Shown: positions 8,474 to 15,284, counted from the first letter of the stretch. The stretch: 15,432 nt of DNA from Chlamydiota bacterium (GCA_037133055.1 JBAXOY010000075.1:1-15432), one strand, 5' to 3'. A program made the numbers and translations. The notes: generated by a model from the sequence alone, not told the origin.

Positions 8474-9043
8474 TTATCCTATATACTCTCGCAGCTTCCG
8501 CTGCATCCCGAAGCGCGCGTAGTGCAGCCTCGAGCGCACCGTCCCCGGCGAACATCCGAGAACCCGCGCGATCTCGTCGTGCGGCATCCCTTCGAGATCG
8601 TGGAGCACGAGCGTGGCGCGGTGCTTCTCGGGGAGCGCCGCAATCCCCCGCGCGACCGCCGCGCGCAGTTCCCCGGCCTCCGCCTCGCGCAGCCCGTCCG
8701 GGGCGCCTCTCCGCGTGTCCGCGAGCCGCCGCTCCGCGGCGTCAAGGGCGCCCTCCAGGTCGAGCTCGGCCCTCCGCCCTCTCCTCCGGAGCAGGTCGAG
8801 GCTGCAGTTCATCGCGATGCGGTACAGCCAAGTGTAGAAGCCGGACTGCCCCTCGAACTCTCCGAGCTTCCTGTACGCCTTGATGAACGTTTCCTGGGCG
8901 ATGTCGTCCGAGTCGCCGTGGTTCCCGGTCATTCCCCACGCGATCCCGTACACCCTCTTCCGGTACCGCTCGACCAGCTGCCTGAACGCATCGGTATCGT
9001 GCGCCCTCGCGCGGCCGACAAGCACATCGTCCGAAAGCTCCAT
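8474..9043 (-). CDS. ECF RNA polymerase sigma-70 factor (RpoE/SigW-like)
   Basis: Region 2 AFRQLVERY...DDIAQETFIKAY...FYTWLYRIAMN and region 4 LPEKHRATLVLHDLEGM..DEIARVLGCSPGTVRSRLHYAR. ATG 9043 is preferred to TTG 9139 because GGAGG lies at 9060-9056 and a promoter at 9112-9085. Confidence 0.95.
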   Translation of the reverse strand: MELSDDVLVGRARAHDTDAFRQLVERYRKRVYGIAWGMTGNHGDSDDIAQETFIKAYRKLGEFEGQSGFYTWLYRIAMNCSLDLLRRRGRRAELDLEGALDAAERRLADTRRGAPDGLREAEAGELRAAVARGIAALPEKHRATLVLHDLEGMPHDEIARVLGCSPGTVRSRLHYARFGMQRKLREYIG

Positions 9044-9084
9044 ATACCCCCGGTGCCTCCCGTCGTGAACCGCGCGGAGGCACC

Positions 9085-9112
9085 AGTATAATATATGGGG
9101 GGACGAATACAA
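9085..9112 (-). promoter_or_regulatory. Sigma70-type promoter for the ECF sigma operon
   Basis: Minus strand TTGTAT-N16-TATACT in an AT-rich patch about 40 nt upstream of the ATG. Confidence 0.65.
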
Positions 9113-9126
9113 AGACCGGACAGACA

Positions 9127-9196
9127 CCGACGATCTCAAATCTCAGATCATCGGACTTCCCTCTCTTTCCCGCACTCTCAAATCTCAAATGTGCGG
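9127..9196. repeat. Two hairpins each carrying TCTCAAATCTCA
   Basis: Identical 12-mer at 9134-9145 and 9176-9187. Stems are 9127-9136/9145-9154 and 9170-9175/9191-9196. Confidence 0.7.
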
Positions 9197-9199
9197 CGC

Positions 9200-9367
9200 C
9201 GCCGCTTTCCCGCCCCCGGGATGATGAAATTGGCCGGGCAGGCCGTGTGAAAGGAGAGGCCCGCCGCATCGGCGGCGGTTCACGCTCGCACCTGCCCGGC
9301 CGGCTCGTCCATCGGATTGTCTCATCATCCTCCTTTCACCCTTTTTGACGCGGGGCGCGGAGCGGCG
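9200..9367. ncRNA. Candidate structured non-coding RNA (long rod, family unknown)
   Basis: Nested stems 9200-9206/9361-9367, 9211-9216/9352-9357, 9219-9227/9322-9330, 9232-9242/9291-9301, 9245-9251/9279-9285 and 9261-9267/9272-9278. Confidence 0.4.
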
Positions 9368-9370
9368 TTC

Positions 9371-9432
9371 AAAAAAAAGGGATCAGGCCCCGACCCATGG
9401 GATGTGGATGTCACGGACCGGTGGCTGACCCC
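9371..9432 (-). terminator. Probable intrinsic terminator of the three-gene operon
   Basis: On the minus strand GGGGTCAG..CCGGTCCGTG [ACATCCACATCC] CATGGGTCGG..CTGATCCC is followed by T8, 15 nt after the stop codon. The G-U pairs form only on the minus strand. Confidence 0.7.
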
Positions 9433-9447
9433 GTTGCGGGCGGGCGG

Positions 9448-10539
9448 CTATCTCTGGACATCGCCGACGACCGCGTCCTCGGCGTCGTAGAGCATCTCCT
9501 CGTTCGATGACTGCTGCTGGGAGGCGAGGGCCTTCTCGGCGGAGATTTCCCCTTCCTTCTTGTCCACATCCTTCTTTTCGCCGAAGAACTTCCCGATCAA
9601 CCCATAGATGATGAGCGGGATGGCGATGACGTAGAGGAGGTATTCCCATGTCCCGAGAGTGAAGAACGGCTTCGGGGCGAACCGGTTCAGGTTGAACAGC
9701 AGGACGGTGACCGCCAGGTAGTCGACCGAGAAGTTGGCGTGCGCGGCGCTCGCCTTGAACAGGCAGAGCCCGTTGGTCCTGTCCTTCTGGAACGGCCAGA
9801 GCAGGCTCCCGCCCATGTGCCCCGTGAGGTCCTCGGTGATATGGATGGAGTACCCGAGGAAGGAGACGAGCCCGTAGAGCCACCCCTTGTCCCACCCCGC
9901 GATCAGGGAGGCGATCAGCCAGACCGCCGCCGAGAGGATGAAGCCGAGCACGAAGCTGTGGCTCCATGTCCGGTGCCAGGGGAGGAATTCCACCTCGACG
10001 ACCCCTCCCTTCTTGATGAAGCCGAACTGCGGCCCGCTCATGATGTCCACCACCGAGGGCTTCCCGTGCGTCTCGAGCATCTTTCCCTTCACCCGGCAGC
10101 GGCCGACGCGGTTCGTTTTCGGCGCGGAGCCGACGTACGAGGCCTGTGAGGTGTTCACGATCTCGTTGATGATCACCACGATCTCGTTCTTCTCTCCGTC
10201 GAACTTGACCACGTACTGGCGCCAGAGGTCCACGCTGATCCGGATCGGGTAGAGCTGGATCTTCACGTACCGTCCCGTCTCCCATGCATCGTCCATCGCC
10301 CTGCCGATCTGTTCCGCCATCTTCTGCGGGTCCAGCCTGTTCGGGTCCGCGTCCACGTCGTAGTCGGCGCCGGAGAAGAACTGCCCCACCTTGAAGTCGA
10401 GGGTGTCGGGCATGATGCCGAAGAGCCCCCCGAGGGCGAGGATGTAGGAGTTTTCCCCGGTGCTGTTGGCCATCCGGACGGCGGCCGGGATGAACGACCC
10501 CAGCGCGACGCCGCTCAGGAAATGGGTCAATCCCTTCAT
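9448..10539 (-). CDS. YdjM-family membrane-bound metal-dependent hydrolase with a large soluble insertion
   Basis: Motifs MKGLTH (H6), PDTLD (44-48), HRTWSHS (189-195), HITED (233-237), several TM helices, acidic tail. SD GAGGAGG. Confidence 0.85.
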   Translation of the reverse strand: MKGLTHFLSGVALGSFIPAAVRMANSTGENSYILALGGLFGIMPDTLDFKVGQFFSGADYDVDADPNRLDPQKMAEQIGRAMDDAWETGRYVKIQLYPIRISVDLWRQYVVKFDGEKNEIVVIINEIVNTSQASYVGSAPKTNRVGRCRVKGKMLETHGKPSVVDIMSGPQFGFIKKGGVVEVEFLPWHRTWSHSFVLGFILSAAVWLIASLIAGWDKGWLYGLVSFLGYSIHITEDLTGHMGGSLLWPFQKDRTNGLCLFKASAAHANFSVDYLAVTVLLFNLNRFAPKPFFTLGTWEYLLYVIAIPLIIYGLIGKFFGEKKDVDKKEGEISAEKALASQQQSSNEEMLYDAEDAVVGDVQR

Positions 10540-10566
10540 CTGTCGGGCCTCCTCTATCTTTTTACT

Positions 10567-11895
10567 TCAATCCAAACGGAAGAACTTCAGTATCGCCGGC
10601 CCGTGCCCGCCCTGGCTGAGCACCATCCAGACGAGGAGCACCGCCATGCAGTTGCTCTTGCGGGAGTGGTAAAACGCGGGAATGAGGCCGATCCCCGTCG
10701 AGACCCCCATGAGGAACATCCCCATCCATCCGGTGAGCCCGTAGACGATGACGAAGACAATCGCGAGCGCAATCCAGAGGATGATGTGGTAATCGACGTG
10801 CGTGATGAGGCGGATCGTCCACCGCGTAAGCGGGAACATCATCAGGAAGCTCAACGCCCCGCTGATCATGATCACCGAGAGGATCATGAAATATTCCTGG
10901 TTCGTATAAGGGGTAAAAAGCGGCTTCAGGATGATCGTCATGCCGCCGCGCGAGAGCATCAGGGTGGGGACGAAGAAGAGGAGGAACGCCCCCACGTAGT
11001 AGATAGTCTTGGAGACGCCCTGTGATATCACGAATATGCGATCATCGCGCTGCCCGGTCGCGGCGCCGGCTATGATGCCTCCGATGCCGCCCGTGACCGC
11101 GGGGATTATCGACGCGAGGCCGCCGCCGATCGTCCCTGCGAAGATCCCCTTCCCGAGGAGCCGGTAGTCGACGTCGATTGATTTGCTCTCGTGCTGGGGC
11201 GGCACCGCCTGATGCGAGACGAGGTTCTGTATGATCCCCGCCACCGCGAAGAGCCCCACGAAGACGGGCATGATCCCCTGGAAGCTCATGTCGAGCGGGA
11301 CCATGGTGCGGTTCAGGATGATGAAGCCGAGAAACGCCGAGAGCGCGAAGGTGGTCAGGCCCGAGATCAGGTTGGCCCACGCCCACGTGAACCTCTCCCA
11401 GACCGTCTTCCCCATCCCGCTCCCCTTGGGCCACTCGCTCATGAGCATGTAGATGATGAAGAGAAGCATGATCCAGGCGAGGTTCTGGCTCCTGATGTTC
11501 TTGATGAAGGGCAGGGTGTAGTACAGGAACGGCGTGAGGAGGACCATCATCACGATCGCCCCGAGGCTTCCGACCCCCGTGAGGATCGACGCCTCGTAGC
11601 CGCGCCCCTGGAGCATGTACTTCTGCCCCGGCAGCACGACAAAGACCGCCGCCTCGTCGGGGGCCCCGATGAACATCGAGGGGATCGTGTTGATGTTCGC
11701 CCAGGCGACGAGCATCGCCATGAAGAACGCCGGGAGCGCCACCTCGGGCATGAGGAAGGGCCATCTGAACCAGATAAGAAGCGCGATCCCGCTCACGTTG
11801 AAGATGTGCAGGGCGGGGACCATCGAGAGGATGCCCCCGATGATCGTGCCGAGGATGGTGTAGATCAGTATCTGCAGCGCCGCCATGGAATCCAT
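10567..11895 (-). CDS. TctA-family (tripartite tricarboxylate transporter permease, archaeal DUF112/COG1784-like) polytopic membrane protein
   Basis: About 11-12 hydrophobic segments, motifs SMVPALH, IPSMFIGAPDE, VLPGQKYMLQGRGYEA, IIPAVTG, GLIPAFYHSRKSNCMAVLLV. ATG 11895 lies 7 nt after GGAGG (442 aa) and is preferred to GTG 11928. Confidence 0.85.
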   Translation of the reverse strand: MDSMAALQILIYTILGTIIGGILSMVPALHIFNVSGIALLIWFRWPFLMPEVALPAFFMAMLVAWANINTIPSMFIGAPDEAAVFVVLPGQKYMLQGRGYEASILTGVGSLGAIVMMVLLTPFLYYTLPFIKNIRSQNLAWIMLLFIIYMLMSEWPKGSGMGKTVWERFTWAWANLISGLTTFALSAFLGFIILNRTMVPLDMSFQGIMPVFVGLFAVAGIIQNLVSHQAVPPQHESKSIDVDYRLLGKGIFAGTIGGGLASIIPAVTGGIGGIIAGAATGQRDDRIFVISQGVSKTIYYVGAFLLFFVPTLMLSRGGMTIILKPLFTPYTNQEYFMILSVIMISGALSFLMMFPLTRWTIRLITHVDYHIILWIALAIVFVIVYGLTGWMGMFLMGVSTGIGLIPAFYHSRKSNCMAVLLVWMVLSQGGHGPAILKFFRLD

Positions 11896-11937
11896 GATGA
11901 GTCCTCCGCCGTGTGAATGTCGTTCCACCCCCGCGAC

Positions 11938-12891
11938 TCAGTACGCCATGATCTCCTGGTTCTCCGCGATATTTTCGGCGTTCTTCATGTTGGGCGACAT
12001 CTTCGACTCGATCTCCTTCTCCTTGCGGGCCGCTTCCGCGTAGCCGGGGATATTCTTCGACGGGATCGTATCCCCCGGGAGCGTAACGATCTCATCCGCG
12101 TCGCGCACCTTGATCTGGATCTTTCCCTTGTACTCGTCAACCGTGCCGATGACCACGATCTCCTTTCCGACGGTCGTGAACCGGTCATTGTCCTTCACCC
12201 GCTGGAGATCGCTTTTAAAGAGCGGCACCTCGACCATCCCCGTCGTATCACCGATGGTCAGAAAGGTGCCGATATCCTTCTTGTCTGCGATCACGATCTC
12301 GCCCGTCACCTCGACGAGTTTGCCCTTGTTCTCGATCGTGACCTTGTCGATGGTGACCTTCTCGCACTTCGCCGGGGTGACCTTCACCTTCTCCGGGATA
12401 TTGATCATGAGGCTCGTGCCGTACTTCTCCGTGAGCTGGACCGAGCCGATCACGCTCACCTGGTCTCCCGCGCGGGGGATATTCCCCAGCTTCTTCATCT
12501 CGGCGCGGCCGCGGAACGCCTGCGCCTTGATGCTGCCCGTCCCGTCATCCACATCGAACTCGATCTGGTCCTTCCCCTTCGTCCTCACGCTCTCGACCAT
12601 GCCCTTGATCTCGACGACCGCGTTGTTGTAGCGCGCGTTGATATCGGAAACGTGGATAAGCGGGGGCTTCATCTTGACCGCGGTGAACCAGAGGAGGGCG
12701 AGGCCGCCGAAGGCGATCACGAGGGCCGCGCGCTTGAAGAAGATGATGCTGATCCTCTTCTTCATCTCGGTCCCGCAGTACGGGCACTTCTCGTAGGCGC
12801 CGACGAACTTCCCGCACCCGGGGCAGAGCACCTCGTCGAGAAGCGCCTTCTGGGGATCCGGGCATATAGTGGGCTGCGTCTTCTCTTGCAT
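11938..12891 (-). CDS. Membrane-anchored protein: N-terminal zinc ribbon, TM helix and two OB-fold nucleic-acid-binding domains
   Basis: CPGC...CPYC, basic KKR/KR before TM ALVIAFGGLALLWFTAV, OB1 VEIKGMV..VDDGTGSIKAQAF..GDQVSVIGSV, OB2 VEVTGEI..IGDTTGMVEVPLF..GKEIVVIGTVDEYKGKIQI. SD GGGAGG. Confidence 0.85.
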   Translation of the reverse strand: MQEKTQPTICPDPQKALLDEVLCPGCGKFVGAYEKCPYCGTEMKKRISIIFFKRAALVIAFGGLALLWFTAVKMKPPLIHVSDINARYNNAVVEIKGMVESVRTKGKDQIEFDVDDGTGSIKAQAFRGRAEMKKLGNIPRAGDQVSVIGSVQLTEKYGTSLMINIPEKVKVTPAKCEKVTIDKVTIENKGKLVEVTGEIVIADKKDIGTFLTIGDTTGMVEVPLFKSDLQRVKDNDRFTTVGKEIVVIGTVDEYKGKIQIKVRDADEIVTLPGDTIPSKNIPGYAEAARKEKEIESKMSPNMKNAENIAENQEIMAY

Positions 12892-12948
12892 CGGCGTCTT
12901 CCTCCCTTTGTCGTGAACGCCTTTTCGCCGCTCGCCGTCCGGATGGAC

Positions 12949-12989
12949 AAAAAACGCGGGGCACGTGGCGTATCGCCGCGCATCCCGCG
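12949..12989 (-). terminator. Terminator-like hairpin plus U6 upstream of the OB-fold gene
   Basis: Minus strand CGCGGG-ATGCGC-GGCG-ATA-CGCC-ACGTGC-CCCGCG followed by TTTTTT. Confidence 0.5.
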
Positions 12990-13087
12990 CGCATCAGTCT
13001 CCGCCGCTTCTCTCGCCATCGCGCATGATCGCCTCTTCGGGGGATCCTGCGGCGCCACGCCGGCGCGTATCGGAACTGCACGGGCCG

Positions 13088-13115
13088 ATTGTACCATCCC
13101 GCCGACCCGCCGCAA
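13088..13115 (-). promoter_or_regulatory. Sigma70-type promoter with extended -10 for the OB-fold/TctA/YdjM operon
   Basis: Minus strand TTGCGG-N16-TACAAT with TGn directly before the -10. Confidence 0.6.
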
Positions 13116-13122
13116 GAAATAT

Positions 13123-13223
13123 ATTCACCACGGAGGCACGGAGTTCACGAAGATATACGCTCGCCATGGATGTACATTGATCGCGGTGTCCCTGTCTTCC
13201 GGAAGGCAGGCGCCGTAGTGATT
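13123..13223. repeat. Degenerate CACGGAG-based inverted-repeat element containing a 20-bp palindrome
   Basis: CACGGAG (13129-13135, 13137-13143), CACGAAG (13146-13152), and palindrome CCTGTCTTCCGGAAGGCAGG at 13191-13210. Confidence 0.6.
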
Positions 13224-13229
13224 CCGCCG

Positions 13230-14009
13230 TCAATCCGCGTACTCCACCACGTCGCTCACACGGTCCGCCCAGGCAAGGCGTATCGAAACGTGCCCGAACC
13301 CGCCCCCCGCGGCTGCCCGCAGGGCGGTCCGGCGCGCCAGCTCCGGCCGGTTGCACTCCTGCGACAGGTGCGCGAGGAAGATGTCCTGAAGGGCCTCCGA
13401 GGCGACCTCCGCGAGGAGTTCGGCGGCGGAGGAGTTGGAGAGGTGCCCCCGGTCGCCCCAGATCCTCTCCTTGACCGAGGCGGGCCTGGAGGCGCCGCCG
13501 AGAAGCTCCACGTCGTGGTTGAACTCGATGACGAGCGCACGGCATCCCCTGAGGCGATCCGCCACCGGCGCCGAGAGATGCCCGAGATCGGTCGCGATGC
13601 CGATACGGCTCCCCCCCGCGGCGACGACGAATCCGACCGGATCGAACGCGTCATGGGGCACCGGGAACGGGTGCACCGTGAAGGGGCCCACATCGAAATC
13701 GATCCCCGTCTTGAAATACCTGAACGCCGCCGAAGGGACGCCGCGGTCGAGGAGCCCGCTCGCGGTCCCCCGGTTCAGGTGGACGGCGGCGCCGGAGGCC
13801 TTCTGCAGCGCCGCCAGCCCCCGCACATGGTCATCGTGCTCGTGGCTCAGGAGCACCGCCCCGATTCCTTCGAGCTCGACGCCGATCGCCCCGAGGCGGG
13901 ACCGGAGCTCCCTCCGGCTCAGGCCCGCGTCGACCAGGATCCCGCAGCCGCCGCTCTCTATGTAGGTCGAGTTCCCGGAGCTCCCGCTCCCCAGGATGCA
14001 GAGTTTCAA
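13230..14009 (-). CDS. MBL-fold metallo-hydrolase, YycJ/WalJ-like
   Basis: LGSGSSGN, VDAG, SHEHDDH (HxHxDH), VPHDA, ATDLG, IEFNHD, GHLSN, LAHLSQECN. TTG start. Confidence 0.92.
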   Translation of the reverse strand: MKLCILGSGSSGNSTYIESGGCGILVDAGLSRRELRSRLGAIGVELEGIGAVLLSHEHDDHVRGLAALQKASGAAVHLNRGTASGLLDRGVPSAAFRYFKTGIDFDVGPFTVHPFPVPHDAFDPVGFVVAAGGSRIGIATDLGHLSAPVADRLRGCRALVIEFNHDVELLGGASRPASVKERIWGDRGHLSNSSAAELLAEVASEALQDIFLAHLSQECNRPELARRTALRAAAGGGFGHVSIRLAWADRVSDVVEYAD

Positions 14010-14024
14010 TGTGCCCTGTGCATT

Positions 14025-15284
14025 CTAAAGACCCCGGGACGCCAGAAACTCCCGCGCCTTTGAGCCCTCCGGGCACGACGGGAAGGCAGTGATGATCTCC
14101 CGGCACACATTTCCCGCCTTTGAGCGAAGCTCGATTTTCCTGCCCTCTTCCTTTTCCGCCTCGGCCATGGTGAGGTATGTCCCGGCGAGACTCATCTTTG
14201 CCTCGATCATGAACAGGCTCTGAGGCCAGGACGAGATAACCCTTCCCCATGCGTCCGCCGCCTGCGGTGTGGCTCCATGGATCTTGGCGAGCCGCATCAA
14301 CGCCCTAACCGCCCAGACGCTCTTCGGGTACTGCGTAACGACGGAGTTCAGCAGGGAAACGGCCTCATCGGCCCTTCCGTGATACGACAGAGCCTCCGCC
14401 TTTTTCAGGGACGCGTCGAGCCCGACATTCGTGCCATAGAACCGGGTGGCGACGCTCGTGAGGCCCTCGATCTCCGCATCCTTGATTTCCAGCGCGCGGA
14501 TCGCGGCGGCCCGCTTTTCCACCGCATCCTGCATCACGGTGTCAAGGAGATGGTACGTGTGCGAGTAGGCGCCGTCGATTCCCATGGAATCGACGAGGGT
14601 GGCGCACATGTCGGCGGCTTCCCCGAGCGATCCATCGTCGAAAACCATCGCGGCATACTTGAGCGTCGCGAGCGAGGCGACCTCAGGGAATGACGCCCGC
14701 GCGGCGGTGTAGGCCTGTTTCGCCCCGAGTCTGTCCCCCGCCGCGAGCGCCACATCGCCGAGCACGATCTGCGCCCTCCCCGCCTCTTCCGGGTAGTTGT
14801 CGATCGCCCTCTTCAGCTCCGTGTTCGCCTCTTCCATCTTCTCCTGGCCCCGGGCCGCGTAGAGCTCGCCAAGCCCGATGAGCGCCTCCGCGCGGGCGGC
14901 GGGGAACTGCGCCGCGGCCTTCCGGTAGGCTGCGATCGACTGGTTCATCTGCGAGGTGACTCTCGACTGCAGATCCTCGATTTCCCTTTTCGGCGCCCCC
15001 GCCGCCGTCGCTCTCTGGAGGTCGGACATCGCCTGCTGCATCAGTTGGCAATACCCATATCCGACGGAGAGCCATCCGCGCTCCGCCTCTTTCGTGTCGG
15101 CGTACCTGGCGATCATCGCGGTGTAGTTCGCGATGGCCTGGGCATACTGCTTGGTGTTGAGGTAATACCCGCCCAGGTGATAGTACTCGCCCAGGCTCGG
15201 ATTCTCCATGCTCGCGCCCGCGCGCACGGCGCCGAACGACGCCGCGAAACCGATTGCCAAAACCGCGGTGATCACCCTGTTCAT
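14025..15284 (-). CDS. Exported tetratricopeptide-repeat protein (CpoB/BamD-like repeats)
   Basis: Signal peptide, repeated helical hairpins ending in YP/FP/WP-x-S (QYPKSVWA, SWPQSLFM, AFPSCPEG). SD AGGAGG. Confidence 0.85.
   Translation of the reverse strand: MNRVITAVLAIGFAASFGAVRAGASMENPSLGEYYHLGGYYLNTKQYAQAIANYTAMIARYADTKEAERGWLSVGYGYCQLMQQAMSDLQRATAAGAPKREIEDLQSRVTSQMNQSIAAYRKAAAQFPAARAEALIGLGELYAARGQEKMEEANTELKRAIDNYPEEAGRAQIVLGDVALAAGDRLGAKQAYTAARASFPEVASLATLKYAAMVFDDGSLGEAADMCATLVDSMGIDGAYSHTYHLLDTVMQDAVEKRAAAIRALEIKDAEIEGLTSVATRFYGTNVGLDASLKKAEALSYHGRADEAVSLLNSVVTQYPKSVWAVRALMRLAKIHGATPQAADAWGRVISSWPQSLFMIEAKMSLAGTYLTMAEAEKEEGRKIELRSKAGNVCREIITAFPSCPEGSKAREFLASRGL

Noticed and set aside
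9044..9139. N-terminal extension of the ECF sigma ORF from TTG 9139
   Set aside because: It runs through the promoter and SD and lacks sigma similarity; ATG 9043 fits better.
9185..9328. 47-aa minus-strand ORF (MMRQSDGRAG...APHI) after GAAAGGAGG, considered as a type I toxin or leader peptide
   Set aside because: SD-ATG spacing is only 0-3 nt, the peptide is not hydrophobic, and it lies within the inverted-repeat structure. Not fully excluded without ribosome profiling.
9330..9340. CTCCTTTCACC identical to the foldase RBS region (2276-2286), suggesting an sRNA-target pair
   Set aside because: Most of the match is the generic SD/anti-SD sequence, so it has little specificity.
9200..9367. Assignment to glycine, cobalamin, SAM or T-box leaders, SRP RNA or tmRNA
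   Set aside because: Only isolated fragments (e.g. GGAGAG, CCTGCC) match; the full conserved motif sets are absent.
10567..11895. Calling this a citrate transporter tctA
   Set aside because: No tctB/tctC in the operon, shorter length and archaeal-type motifs; the substrate cannot be assumed.
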